DNA from: an uncultured Actinomycetes bacterium
Lineage (GTDB): Bacteria > Actinomycetota > Thermoleophilia > UBA2241
Assembly: GCA_963709345.1 (NCBI GenBank)
Contig: CAVPVX010000007.1
Location: forward strand, 288,001-352,000
DNA length: 64,000 nt
Direction of reading: 5' to 3'
Positions 32,606 to 42,666 of this stretch are shown here, one piece after another. Each line of letters begins with the position of its first letter. The first letter of the stretch is position 1. Position numbers and translations under genes: made by a program. The notes beneath the pieces were generated by a model. The model ran no database searches and was not told where the DNA came from. It was given only the letters and a program-made list of their open reading frames with translations.

Positions 32606-34270
32606 TCACTTCGTCAGCTTGAACGCCCTGCCGTCCATCGGAGCCATCTGCGGGATGCCCATTCTCCGGAGCACCGTCGGAAGGACGTCGACGAGACGGA
32701 AGGATGCAGTCCGATCCGCGTGCTTCATGCCCATGGCGTAGAACACCATCGGGATGCGCTGGACTTCTTTCTGCGCTCCACCGTGGTCGCCGTACACGCC
32801 GTAGCCCGTCCGGTCCTTGAGCAGGCCGATGACGTCGGGCGCCGTCGGAGATGCCATCGTATTGACGAGCTTCTGACCGTTGGCAGTCCACCAGGAGCGC
32901 TCGGCCCTGGTCATCTTGCCGGTCGACGCCAGCACATACCGGTCACCCCAGCGCACGTAGGTGGCGATGACGTCGGGCATGGTCTTCATCGCCGCGGCGG
33001 CCTCGGCCTTCTTGGCCCAACTGCGATCGATGAGCCAGGCCTCCATGGCTGTGGACTGATAACTGTAGGCCAGGTTACCCGTCGCGTTCAGCGGACCGAG
33101 GACGGCCTCGTTGTTGTCACCCGCAAGCCCGTAGTCCGTGTTCGCGCAGGTGTCGTTCGGATCGTAGTACCAGCTCTTCATGCCGCCACCGGCCACGTCG
33201 ACGTAATGCGCGTTCTTGGCGTGCGTCGCGCCGTGGTCGGCGAGGACGACGAAGAGCGTGCTGCTCCATTGACCCTCATCCCTGAGCGCCTGGATGACGC
33301 GGCCGACCTGGTCGTCCGCGTTCTTGGCGATCCAGGGCATGTGGACCTGAGCCATGATCGAGGATGGATCCCAGCCGTACCTGGCGACCGTATCGACGGA
33401 TCCGCCGCCCCACATGTGGCCGATCTTGTCGATACCGCTGAAGTTCAGGTGCATCGCGGACCAGTCTTCATGCTGCATCACGGCGATGGCCGCGTCGGCC
33501 ACCCAGTCGTCACCGCTCAGGTTGTCTTGGTAGGGGCCGGGGACCATGCGGCCGTCTTCCGGGTACAGGTAGGCGGGCATGTCCACGTCGGTGTCGTAGT
33601 AGTCCCAGGGGCCCTCTGAGCTATGGTTGCCCGTACTGATCTTGAACCGGTTGTCATCGGTGATGTAGCTGGGCACGTTGCCGCCGGAAGAGCCGCGGTA
33701 CTTGCCGGTCCAGTCCAGTTTCCAGCTCGGGTCGACGTCCTTCTTGCTGCCGAACGTCACCCAGATGTCGGAACTCGAGGCGGCCGTGGATGCCACCTGG
33801 TAGTACTTGCCACCGAAGTTGGCGACGACACTGCCGGGGAACTTCTCATGCATGTAGTCGCCGAGCTTGGGGTACCCCTCGGCTTCGACGAGCATCGTGT
33901 ACTGGTCATAGTTGAGGTCGCCGACGGTGACGATCGCACCCGCGCCGTAGCCGAGGACGTTCTTCGTGTCACGTATCACCTCGTCCGACCAGCCCATATG
34001 CTTGGGGAACTGGCCGCTGACGATGGTGTTGTGGCTGACGACCGTCTCCGATGCCATCTGGCCGACGGTGGCCTTCGTGAAGTTCTGGCCGTGCTTCTGC
34101 AGCCACAGGACGTTCGTCATGTTGTACTTCTTCGCGTACCCGGGCTTCATCTGGTCCATCGTGATGATGATGACCTTGGTCGGCCGCGCTGCAAGCGCAG
34201 CTCCGGCGGCCACGAGTAAGACGAGCAGTGCCGCGATGGCGAGCAGGAGTCCTCTGCGAACGACCGTCAT
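32606..34270 (-). CDS. Secreted alkaline-phosphatase-superfamily (nucleotide pyrophosphatase-like) enzyme
   Basis: Signal peptide; ITMDQM, ETVVSH, DKIGH, LADHG, GDHGG. Confidence 0.78.
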   Translation of the reverse strand: MTVVRRGLLLAIAALLVLLVAAGAALAARPTKVIIITMDQMKPGYAKKYNMTNVLWLQKHGQNFTKATVGQMASETVVSHNTIVSGQFPKHMGWSDEVIRDTKNVLGYGAGAIVTVGDLNYDQYTMLVEAEGYPKLGDYMHEKFPGSVVANFGGKYYQVASTAASSSDIWVTFGSKKDVDPSWKLDWTGKYRGSSGGNVPSYITDDNRFKISTGNHSSEGPWDYYDTDVDMPAYLYPEDGRMVPGPYQDNLSGDDWVADAAIAVMQHEDWSAMHLNFSGIDKIGHMWGGGSVDTVARYGWDPSSIMAQVHMPWIAKNADDQVGRVIQALRDEGQWSSTLFVVLADHGATHAKNAHYVDVAGGGMKSWYYDPNDTCANTDYGLAGDNNEAVLGPLNATGNLAYSYQSTAMEAWLIDRSWAKKAEAAAAMKTMPDVIATYVRWGDRYVLASTGKMTRAERSWWTANGQKLVNTMASPTAPDVIGLLKDRTGYGVYGDHGGAQKEVQRIPMVFYAMGMKHADRTASFRLVDVLPTVLRRMGIPQMAPMDGRAFKLTK

Positions 34271-34460
34271 GTGTTCCCCCTTGTGCGAGCATTCTCCGCC
34301 CGGAGACCACGACCCAGATGACCGGGCAGTCCTACCATGGCGACCCTACGCTTGTGCGTTCTCGAATGTCAATGAAAGAAAGTGTGCACTTATGGAGAAT
34401 GTGAGCACCTCGGCGGCGGTAGCGCCACCGGCCATGTTCAGATAGAATCCGTCACCGCGT

Positions 34461-34537
<77 letters not shown>

Positions 34538-34540
34538 CCT

Positions 34541-34822
34541 TCAGCCCTTCTCGGCGTCCTCTTCGATCCCCAGCAGACGCGCGTACGCATCCGGGTTGTA
34601 CCCCACGATGAAGTCGGCCTCGCCGAATTTCGCGAACGGGAACGCCGACGCACCCCAGGCCCGCATCTCCTCCTGGATGTGCGCCTGCATCTCGCCGTCG
34701 GCAAGGTCGTAGTCGACGTAGTCGTACACGACGTGCTTGTCGTCGAGCCACGCCAGCGACTTCTTGCACCACGGGCAGGTGCTCAGCGTGTACAGCTCGA
34801 CCTTGATACTCTGCTCGGCCAC
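34541..34822 (-). CDS. Glutaredoxin-like protein
   Basis: LYTLSTCPWCKK (CxxC), AFP. Confidence 0.82.
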   Translation of the reverse strand: MAEQSIKVELYTLSTCPWCKKSLAWLDDKHVVYDYVDYDLADGEMQAHIQEEMRAWGASAFPFAKFGEADFIVGYNPDAYARLLGIEEDAEKG

Positions 34823-34851
34823 TCGCGTCTCCTCGCTCGGGACGGCGCGCC

Positions 34852-35115
34852 TCAGCTGCGTTTGAGCAGCCTGTCATACGCCGTCGGGTCGTATCCCTTG
34901 ACCACCCTCCCGCCGATACGCACGAAGGGAAAGCCGTCGGCGCCGGCGGCCTTCATCTCGGCGGAGATCGTGCGCTGCAGATCGGGGCCTGCGGTGTCGT
35001 ATTCGATGACCGAGGCCCTGATGCCTCGCTGCTTGAAGTAGTCCTTCGCCTTGCGGCTCCACCCGCAGGTCGTCAGCGAGTAGACCGCCACCGGTGGTGT
35101 CCTTCCCATCGTCAT
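34852..35115 (-). CDS. Glutaredoxin-like protein (CxxS)
   Basis: VYSLTTCGWSRKAK, GFPFV. Confidence 0.75.
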   Translation of the reverse strand: MTMGRTPPVAVYSLTTCGWSRKAKDYFKQRGIRASVIEYDTAGPDLQRTISAEMKAAGADGFPFVRIGGRVVKGYDPTAYDRLLKRS

Positions 35116-35304
35116 CCTCCGCGCGGGTCATGCCGCGCCGTCGTTGACCGTGATGCCGCTCTCGCAGGTATACCCCGGACTGCACGTTCGAAGGCCCGGC
35201 CACGCCCCCGACGGCAGCCGCGGTTGAAGCCGCCGCGGCGTGGCGATACTCCATCATGACGCGGCGCCGACCGTGGCGCCGCACCTCTATGCGCAGGAGG
35301 GACC

Positions 35305-36846
35305 ACGCCTCAGGGATCGCCACTCCATTCCGGAGAGGCCGCCGCAGCCGCCATCGTCTGGCTGCGGCGCGATTTGCGCATCGCCGACAACCCGGCTCTG
35401 CTCGCCGGTCTGGAGCGAGCGTCGCGGAGCAGCGGCGGTCTGCTCCCGGTCTACATCTGGGAAGGCGCCGGAGGGAGAGCATGGGCCCCCGGAGCGGCTG
35501 CGCGCTGGTGGCTCTGGCGCTCGCTGCGCGCCCTGGACGCGGACCTGGTCCGGCGCGGCTCGCGGCTCGCCGTCGAGCGCGGGGATCCGGCGAGCATCTT
35601 GCCGGGTCTGGCGCGACAGGCCGGAGCCGGCGTGGTCGTGTGGGCCTCCGGCCTCGACCCCGAAGAGCTCGCCGACGACGAGCGCGTGGCGGCGGCGCTG
35701 CGCGCCGCCGCCATCGAGTCTCTCGTCGTCCCGCAGGCGAACCTGCTCTTCGATCCGGCCGCGCGACGCACGCGCGAAGGGCGGCCGTACACGGTCTTCA
35801 CGCCGTTCTGGCGCAGCTGTCTCACCGGCCCCGCGACACCCGAGCCTCACCCGGAGCCCCACGCCTTGCCGCCGGCGCCGGCGCGGCCTGTGGGCCTCCC
35901 CCTTGCCGCGCTCGAGCGCGAGGCCGTCCGGCCGTGGTCCGCCGGCCTCGACGAGGTCTGGACCCCGGGCGAGACCGGCGCCCACGCGCGCCTCGCCGGG
36001 TTCCTGGACGGACCTCTCGCGGGATACGCCGCCGACCGCGACCGCCCGGACCTCGAGGCGAGCTCGCGTCTCTCACCGCATCTGCGCTGGGGCGAGCTGA
36101 GCGCCCGCCAGGTGTGGCACGCCGTCGCCGGCGTGCTCGCCGAGGCGGGCCTCGATCTCGAAGCGGCCGTAGGACCTCCGGGGTGGAGCAAAGAGCAGGC
36201 GCCGGGTCTGCGACGTTCCACCGGCGCCTTCCTGCGCCAGCTGGGCTGGCGGGAGTTCGGCCACCACCTGCTGCGGCACTTCCCCGAGACGCCGGAGCGG
36301 CCGCTGCACGAGCGCTTCTCCGCCTTCCCCTGGCGCGACGACCCGGACGAGCGCGAGGCGTGGCGGCGCGGGCGCACCGGCTACCCGGTCGTCGACGCGG
36401 GGCTGCGCGAGCTGTGGACGACCGGCTGGATGCACAACCGCGCACGGCTGCTCGCCGGCTCGTTCCTCGTCAAGGACCTGCTTCTGCCCTGGCAGGACGG
36501 CGCCGCGTGGTTCTGGGACACCCTCGTCGACGCCGACCTCGCAAACAACACACTGGGGTGGCAGTGGGTGGCGGGCTGCGGGGCCGACGCGGCGCCGTAC
36601 TTCCGCGTCTTCAACCCTGTGACCCAGAGCCGGCGCTTCGACCCGGACGGCGCGTACGTCCGCCGCTGGGCGCCCGAGATCGCGGAGCTCGATACGCCGC
36701 ACCTGCATGCGCCGTGGGAGGCGCCGCAGGCCGCGCTCGTCGCCGCCGGAGTGCGACTCGATGCGACGTACCCGGAGCCGCTCGTAGAGCACGGCGAGGC
36801 TCGCTTGCGCGCGCTCGCCGCCTACGAAGCCGTCCGGGCACACTGA
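35305..36846 (+). CDS. phrB: Class I deoxyribodipyrimidine photolyase (start uncertain)
   Basis: IVWLRRDLRIADNPAL, SRLSPHL, LGWREF, GWMHNRAR, DADLANN, PYFRVFNP; no canonical in-frame start upstream of the WLRRD motif. Confidence 0.85.
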   Translation, partial: TPQGSPLHSGEAAAAAIVWLRRDLRIADNPALLAGLERASRSSGGLLPVYIWEGAGGRAWAPGAAARWWLWRSLRALDADLVRRGSRLAVERGDPASILPGLARQAGAGVVVWASGLDPEELADDERVAAALRAAAIESLVVPQANLLFDPAARRTREGRPYTVFTPFWRSCLTGPATPEPHPEPHALPPAPARPVGLPLAALEREAVRPWSAGLDEVWTPGETGAHARLAGFLDGPLAGYAADRDRPDLEASSRLSPHLRWGELSARQVWHAVAGVLAEAGLDLEAAVGPPGWSKEQAPGLRRSTGAFLRQLGWREFGHHLLRHFPETPERPLHERFSAFPWRDDPDEREAWRRGRTGYPVVDAGLRELWTTGWMHNRARLLAGSFLVKDLLLPWQDGAAWFWDTLVDADLANNTLGWQWVAGCGADAAPYFRVFNPVTQSRRFDPDGAYVRRWAPEIAELDTPHLHAPWEAPQAALVAAGVRLDATYPEPLVEHGEARLRALAAYEAVRAH

Positions 36847-36910
36847 CCGGACTGCCGGCGGCGTCGCCAGACGCCGGACCGGCGGACCGCCCCCCGCCGG
36901 AGCACGGACC

Positions 36911-37393
36911 TCAGCCGAGCGTGACGATCCGGGGCTCCGGCCGGCCGGCCGACCCGACGGTGAGCAAGGCGCACGTGCGCGGCCCGCCGAAGCGCGCCCT
37001 GCCTGCGGAGCCGGGGTTGAGGAAGAGCGTCTCCCCCCTCCACTCGACGGCGGCCCGGTGGCTGTGGCCGCTGACGACCACGTCGTACCCCTCCGTCACG
37101 GGGTCGTGGCGCCCCATGAGACTCGACAAGATGTGGCAGACGATGATGCGCAGGCCGGCGACCTCCGCCTCGGCCTGCAAGGGTAGATCCTCCCACGAAG
37201 GCGGATCGGTGTTGCCGGCAACGACGGTGAGCGGCGCCAGCGCCTCAAGACGAGGCAGCACGCCGCTGCCCACATCGCCCGCATGCACGATGTGCAGCGC
37301 TCCGGCGAACAGGGCGTCGAGCTGGTCGTCGTAATGGCCGTGCGTGTCGCTGACGACGCCGATGACGGCGGCTTGGCCGGCTGAGGTCTCCAC
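36911..37393 (-). CDS. YfcE-like metallophosphoesterase
   Basis: VSDTHG, HAGD, GNTD, GHSH, NPGS. Confidence 0.85.
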   Translation of the reverse strand: METSAGQAAVIGVVSDTHGHYDDQLDALFAGALHIVHAGDVGSGVLPRLEALAPLTVVAGNTDPPSWEDLPLQAEAEVAGLRIIVCHILSSLMGRHDPVTEGYDVVVSGHSHRAAVEWRGETLFLNPGSAGRARFGGPRTCALLTVGSAGRPEPRIVTLG

Positions 37394-37450
37394 ACAGATA
37401 GGATACAGGGAGTCGCGGACGACAGCAGGCGGACGAACAGGGAGGACGTC

Positions 37451-38170
37451 ATGGCGGGTCTTGCCGGCAAGCGCGTGGTGATCACCGGCGGCACCAGCGG
37501 GATCGGCGCCGCGACGGCGCAGCGGTTTCGCGACGAGGGGTGCGAGGTCGTCATCCTGGCGCGCCGCCCGGGGCCGGACGTCGTCCAGTGTGACGTGAGC
37601 GACCGGGAGCAGGTCGAGCGTGCCTTCGCGAGCATCGGCAGCCTCGACGTGCTCATCGACAACGCCGGGACGAGCGTGCGGAGCCCGGCGGTCGACATCG
37701 GCGCCGGCCAGTGGGACCAGGTCATCGCGACCAACCTGAGCGGCGCCTTCTGGGTCGCCCAGGCCGCCGGTCGCGCGATGCTCGCCGGCGACGGTGGCGT
37801 GATCCTCTTCACCGCCTCGACGAACGCCCTCGTCGGCTACCGGTACTACGCCGACTACAACGCCAGCAAAGCCGGGCTCGTGGCGCTCACCAGGTCGCTG
37901 GCGCTGGAGTGGGCGCCCCGGATCCGTGTCAACGCCGTCTGCCCCGGCTACGTGCTCACGCCGATGCAGGAGGCGGAGTACACGCCGGAGATGCTCGACG
38001 AGGTGAACCGGCGCATCCCGCTCGGGCGTCACGCGATGCCCGAGGAGCTCGCCGGCCTCTTCGCCTATCTCGCCGGCGACGAAGCCGCGTACTTCACCGG
38101 CTCGGTGATCGTGATGGACGGCGGCGAGACCGCCGGCAGCGTCGTGAGCGGCGGCGGGCCCGGCTCCTGA
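37451..38170 (+). CDS. SDR family oxidoreductase
   Basis: TGGTSGIG, DNAG, YNASK, VNAVCPG. Confidence 0.9.
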   Translation: MAGLAGKRVVITGGTSGIGAATAQRFRDEGCEVVILARRPGPDVVQCDVSDREQVERAFASIGSLDVLIDNAGTSVRSPAVDIGAGQWDQVIATNLSGAFWVAQAAGRAMLAGDGGVILFTASTNALVGYRYYADYNASKAGLVALTRSLALEWAPRIRVNAVCPGYVLTPMQEAEYTPEMLDEVNRRIPLGRHAMPEELAGLFAYLAGDEAAYFTGSVIVMDGGETAGSVVSGGGPGS

Positions 38171-38246
38171 CGCCCGGGGGTCGTCACACCGGGTCCTTCG
38201 CCGGGGTGCTCACACCGGGCTCCACGTCATCGGCCGTCCGGCCTGA

Positions 38247-38735
38247 TCACGTGGCGGCGCTGAACACCAGCGACTCGGCGCCGTCGGAGCCGAACAGGGT
38301 CAGCGTGTTCCCCGCCAGGTGGACGGAGGCCGCATCCTCCAGCAGCCGCAGATAGACCGACTCCGCCTCCATGTCGGCCTCGGGGCCGGCCATCATCGTC
38401 ACGGCCGGCTTGCCGGCCGAGAAGTCGTTGCCGGGGCCGGTCGTGTACGAGCCGGAGTACGTGTTCACGGCGCTCGTCCCGGATACTTGACCGTCGGCGA
38501 AGGCCGCCGTGATCGTGAAGTCGAGGGGGTCGAGTCCACTCTCGCGCCAGCGCACGAGGGTCCACTCGGTGCCCTCCAGGTCGACGGCCTCGGGCTCGCC
38601 CGATCCGCCGCCGGTACCGTCGTCCGCCCCGTCGCCCCCGCACCCGCCGAGGCAGAACAGCGCTGCTGCCGCCGCCACGACCGCCGCGATGACGATGGCC
38701 ATCGTCACACGCCGTCTGAGCCAAGAGAGTGTCAT
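38247..38735 (-). CDS. META-domain lipoprotein
   Basis: Lipobox-like LGGC; LEGTEWTL, SGTSAVNTY, TMMAG...E. Confidence 0.72.
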   Translation of the reverse strand: MTLSWLRRRVTMAIVIAAVVAAAAALFCLGGCGGDGADDGTGGGSGEPEAVDLEGTEWTLVRWRESGLDPLDFTITAAFADGQVSGTSAVNTYSGSYTTGPGNDFSAGKPAVTMMAGPEADMEAESVYLRLLEDAASVHLAGNTLTLFGSDGAESLVFSAAT

Positions 38736-38856
38736 CGCCCCCGCCTTTCGCCATCGACGTCGACGCACCCGGCCGACCGCCATCCCGTTTGGCAGGGAAG
38801 ATAGCACGGTCGTGCCGTGAGCAGGGATGTCGGAGCGGCGCCGCGGGAGAAAACGC

Positions 38857-38933
38857 TGGTAGCGGCGGTAGGACTCGAACCTACGACACGCGGATTATGA
38901 TTCCGCTGCTCTGACCACCTGAGCTACGCCGCC
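38857..38933 (-). tRNA. tRNA-Met(CAT)
   Basis: GGCGGCGTAGCTCAG...GCGGA-ATCATAA-TCCGC...GTTCGAGTC...ACCA. Confidence 0.93.
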
Positions 38934-39180
38934 ACGGCGGATGCCTACGGTACCACAGGCACATTTGGCGCTCAATCCGCACCCGGAGCGGCCGCTCACC
39001 GGCCTTCGGCCAGGGCCGGCGGCCGCGTTCAGCGGCGTCATCCCGACCAGATGACGGCGCTCTCACGCGTCCGCGATGCAGATGCCGGCGCCTGTGTGCG
39101 ATCAGCCCACCCGCGCACCATGGCGAGCGCCCGTCGCGGTTGAAAGCGCCCCCGCTTTCGCGTAGGATTCCACGGCTCCC

Positions 39181-39264
39181 GGGGGAGTGCCCGAGTGGTT
39201 AAGGGGGCGGACTGTAAATCCGTTGGCGCAGCCTACCCAGGTTCAAATCCTGGCTCCCCCACCA
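39181..39264 (+). tRNA. tRNA-Tyr(GTA)
   Basis: Long variable arm; GCGGA-CTGTAAA-TCCGT; CCA end. Confidence 0.95.
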
Positions 39265-39268
39265 GCTA

Positions 39269-39344
39269 GCCCGGTTAGCTCAGTCGGCAGAGCACCTCCA
39301 TGGTAAGGAGGGGGTCCGCGGTTCGAGTCCGCGACCGGGCTCCA
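39269..39344 (+). tRNA. tRNA-Thr(GGT)
   Basis: CCTCC-ATGGTAA-GGAGG anticodon arm; CCA end. Confidence 0.95.
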
Positions 39345-39622
39345 AGACTTCCCCGCTCATCGGCACTTTCTACCCGCTGCCTCTTCGCCACCAGCACCAA
39401 CCGCACCCAATTCCGCACCTTGCGGCGAGCCGTTCGCGGACCGTCCGCAGGCCGCTCGCGCGCTTTGATAGCCCGCCGGCACGAGCTCGGAGGACGACGG
39501 CAGCCGCGACCGCGGCATACGTCCTGAAGAAGCCGGCCTGGCCTGGCGCCACCTGGTGAGGATGGCCGGCCGTCGATCGGCCGGCACCGTCGCGGGGTCC
39601 ACCAGGGTCCGCCCAGCGGCAT

Positions 39623-39658
39623 GAGGCCTCCGGCGCAGATAGCTGCGCCGGAGGCCTC
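39623..39658. terminator. Hairpin between the tRNA operon and a convergent lipoprotein gene
   Basis: GAGGCCTCCGGCGCAG-ATAG-CTGCGCCGGAGGCCTC. Confidence 0.55.
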
Positions 39659-39664
39659 TGCGCG

Positions 39665-40114
39665 TCAGCGCTTCTCGAGGAGCGTCACGGTCCAGTCGCA
39701 GTTGGCCGACTCGACCTGAACGATGTAGTCACCGGCGTCCTTGTCCAGCATGCTCGAATCGGAGCCGGCCTCGTCGGGCCACGCCGCTGGGAAGCCACCA
39801 TCCTTCTCAAGATCCCAGTCGGCCTGTTCGACGTAGGCGGCCATGACCGGCATCGTCTCGCCTTCCATGGTGAACTCCAGCTTCTGCTCACCGCCCTCGA
39901 GCGTGAACGACGGAGACCGCTTGCTCGCAGATCCGTTCATGGACATGACCTCGACCCACCCGCCATCGCCGCCCGACTCATCTGCTGTAGGCTCTGTCGT
40001 GGCGCCGTCTGCCGATCCGTTGTCAGCGGGCGTCGTGGTGGTGGTCTCCCCACCGCATGCAGCCACTGAGACCGCCAAGATGAGGATGGTCAGGAGGATG
40101 AACAGACGCTTCAC
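39665..40114 (-). CDS. Hypothetical lipoprotein
   Basis: VKRLFILLTILILAVSVAAC lipobox followed by a Thr-rich linker. Confidence 0.7.
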   Translation of the reverse strand: MKRLFILLTILILAVSVAACGGETTTTTPADNGSADGATTEPTADESGGDGGWVEVMSMNGSASKRSPSFTLEGGEQKLEFTMEGETMPVMAAYVEQADWDLEKDGGFPAAWPDEAGSDSSMLDKDAGDYIVQVESANCDWTVTLLEKR

Positions 40115-40237
40115 CGAATGCCCCTTCCGTTCGCCAAGCGAGCCCCTCCGCCCGCTCGTTGCAGGACGATGGTACACCACGACGGCGACGGAACCACGTG
40201 ATGTGGCGGCCCGGTGAATACGCGCGTATGTTCGTGT

Positions 40238-40570
40238 TCAATTGCGCGGGACGACCTGATCGAGGCGCTCGAGGCAGAGCTCGTCGGGCGGGAGTCGTGA
40301 AAAGCGCGACAGAGCGACTCTGCATCGTCCCCCCGTGGTCGCCGAGCGTGAACGCGCTGTACGCTTCGGCTCAACGTGCGCGACCACAATGGCGGCGATG
40401 TGGCTTCGCGGTGGGGCCTCCGCCGGCAGCGCGACGACGAGCTCATCCACCTGCGCCGCAGAGACCTCCGCCAGGATCTCGACCCCTGCAGAGGTGTTGC
40501 GCACCCACCCGGTCACGCCGCACACGCTCAGGCGGACGGCGCGAGGGTCTGTTGTCGACGCGTCGCTCAC
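40238..40570 (-). pseudogene. Remnant of a HypF-like acylphosphatase N-terminal domain
   Basis: AVRLSVCGV|TGWVRNTSAGVEI...LPAEAPPRSHI resembles the HypF N-terminus lacking the VQGVGFR segment; no HypF body follows. Confidence 0.5.
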
Positions 40571-40633
40571 CGCACCGCCGCGATACCGAAGGGCACGCGC
40601 CCGACGCGCCCTTCGCTGGACCGCCGGCGTTGC

Positions 40634-41560
40634 TCACTCCGGGCAGCGGAACTGCAGATCGTCCTTGTAGTGGAGCTCGCCGCACTCGGGACAGCGCAGC
40701 TCGTACCAGAACCCGATGGCGACCTGATGCCGTTCGCAGAACTTGATGCGCGCGGCGAGGACCTCGAGCTCGGGGGCGCCGCACGCCATGCAGGTGAGCA
40801 GCACATCGTCGCCCAGGTCGTAGGCTTGCTCCAGTCGCTGCATGGCCCCCGTGGCGCCCTCGTGCGCCGGGAGCTCGTCCTCGTGGCCGCACCCGTCCGT
40901 CCCGGGCGGCACCTCCGCAAGCTCGAGCGCCGTCACCAGCCCGGGTAGAAACGCAAGGGTGCGACGGGCGCGGCGCAGATTCTCCTGGAAGCGGCAGCCG
41001 CCCGGCTCCTCGCCTATGAGCTCGCACTCGTGACGCTCCACGAGCTTGTGCCGCGTGACGAAGCAGCGCATGTCGATGTGGTCGACCTCGACCGGCTCGA
41101 TGTGCACCGTGCGCGGGCGGCCACGGCCGCGATGGTAGTCGTGTGGCGGCACCAGCGAAAGACACCCGATCTTCGCGTCCGCCTCAAGCGCGGCAACCGC
41201 CTTGTCCAGCCATCCCGGCTGGAACACGAGGGTGTCGTCGACCCTCACCAGATAGTCGCCCTCGACGAGGCGATGCAGGCGGTCGAGGCCGCAGTGCTCG
41301 CCGTGGGCGGAGCCGCTGTCGAGCTCGAAGCCGCTGATGCGGCCGCGCAGGTACTGACGCACCAGGTATGTTGCCACCTGCTCAGGCGCGTCATTGGCGA
41401 ACACGGCGAGCTCCCACGGGTCGTCCACCGTCTCGCGGATGCCGCGAAGGACAGTCCGCAGGGCCGGCACGCCATGACTCGTGAAGACCACGATGCCGGC
41501 GCTTGCAGGCGGTGTGCCCGCAGAGCCCCGCTCGCCGGCCAGGCTGCGCCCGCCGGTCAC
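40634..41560 (-). CDS. GT-A-like protein with a C-terminal Cys-rich (Zn-ribbon-like) domain
   Basis: GDYLVRVDDTLVFQPGWLDKAV (DxD-like); CMAC...CERH...CPEC; start inferred at GTG overlapping the upstream stop. Confidence 0.55.
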   Translation of the reverse strand: MTGGRSLAGERGSAGTPPASAGIVVFTSHGVPALRTVLRGIRETVDDPWELAVFANDAPEQVATYLVRQYLRGRISGFELDSGSAHGEHCGLDRLHRLVEGDYLVRVDDTLVFQPGWLDKAVAALEADAKIGCLSLVPPHDYHRGRGRPRTVHIEPVEVDHIDMRCFVTRHKLVERHECELIGEEPGGCRFQENLRRARRTLAFLPGLVTALELAEVPPGTDGCGHEDELPAHEGATGAMQRLEQAYDLGDDVLLTCMACGAPELEVLAARIKFCERHQVAIGFWYELRCPECGELHYKDDLQFRCPE

Positions 41561-41724
41561 GCCGCCCCGCGTTTCTCGCGGACCATGCCGACGACACGCT
41601 CGGCGGTGGCGGCCACCGGAAGCGAGAGCTCCACGCCCGGCTTCTCCATGAGCGCCCTGGTGGAGATGTCGTAGGCCTTGCCGGTCGCTTCGGCGGAGCA
41701 CCCCGGATAGTACAGATACCTCAT
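41557..41724 (-). pseudogene. Truncated HdrB-like (CCG domain) 5' fragment
   Basis: MRYLYYPGCSAEATGKAYDISTRAL, only about 55 codons; TGATG coupling to the hdrC remnant. Confidence 0.65.
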
Positions 41725-42150
41725 CAGGCCTTCTCCTCCTGAGCGTCCAGATAGGCCGAGATCTTGTCCAGCTCGTCGCACCCGCGGATGTTCGTGGCGG
41801 CCAGCGGCAGGCGGCCGGCGGTAGAGAGCTGGAGCCCGACCTGCCGGAAGCGGAAGGGCATGCCCCGGTTCCTCGGCGAGCATGTACTTGGTCATGAACT
41901 CGACCTCAAGGTTGCGGCCGTGCTCGTGGACGCTGTCCACGAAGTACTTCTTCATCGCCGGGTTCTTGCCGTCCTTGGGCACGAGGCTGCACATCAGGTC
42001 CGTGATCTTGATGCCGGTCGGGCAGGAGCCGGTGCAAGTGCCGCACTACTGGCAGATCTCGATCTTCTCACCGCCCGGCATGCCCAAGACGGCTTCGGTG
42101 AACTGCCTGTGCAGCTCCCTGGCTTGCGCTGTGGTCGCTGGCTCGGTCAT
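41724..42150 (-). pseudogene. Degraded HdrC-like Fe-S protein
   Basis: EICQ*CGTCTGSCP joined directly to TGIKITDLM (internal deletion), FVDSVHEHGR, then a frameshift before PFRFRQ...IRGCDELDKI. Confidence 0.7.
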
Positions 42151-42301
42151 TCCCCTCTCCAGTTCGTCACCTGAATGGCGTATTCGACGGCGCGCCATCC
42201 GCCGGATGCCGGAGCACACGGACGTGCCGCAACGTCGCCGACGCTCACTTCTTAGGCTCGGGGGCGGGTCGAACGAACCCGCGTCTCCGGCCACTGCACG
42301 C

Positions 42302-42319
42302 TTGTGAACATCATAACAA
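42302..42319. promoter_or_regulatory. Rex-type operator candidate upstream of the hdrC remnant
   Basis: TTGTGAA-CATC-ATAACAA versus TTGTGAA-N4-TTCACAA. Confidence 0.55.
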
Positions 42320-42666
42320 CTCCGCCCACTTCAGCGCACGTGCCGCGATCCGCGGTTCCCCCACGACTTCTCCGCTCTCGAATCACGTACCACGCCGCCC
42401 AGGCTCCCTCCTGTCGCTGTCCTTAATGAGGGCACAACCCCGGGCGACTGAACGGACGGCCCGCCGGCAGCTGCCGCGCATCGAATCAGGTGTTCCCCCC
42501 ATTGAGGCTGTACGGCGACTCCCCACGCACGGAGCGGTGACGCCGGACGTAGCGCAACGCGTTGTGACTCCCTTGGGCCACGGTTACCCCGGTCTCGCGG
42601 CGGAGATCGGCGCAGAAGTGGAGGCGCTGCCGGCACCCTGAACCGCACGCGGAGGCGCACGGGGGT

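Noticed and set aside
38171-38225. Two imperfect ~28-bp tandem repeats containing TCACACCGGG
   Set aside because: Only two copies, no spacers and no cas genes; not a CRISPR array
42046-42048. In-frame TAG in hdrC (CQ-TAG-CGTC) as a possible novel Pyl site
   Set aside because: A simple CAG>TAG change in a gene that also has a deletion and a frameshift; it lacks the TTG context of the methyltransferase ambers
42440-42610. Long intergenic stretch as a possible riboswitch or ncRNA
   Set aside because: No recognisable family consensus by eye; it would need an Rfam/Infernal search
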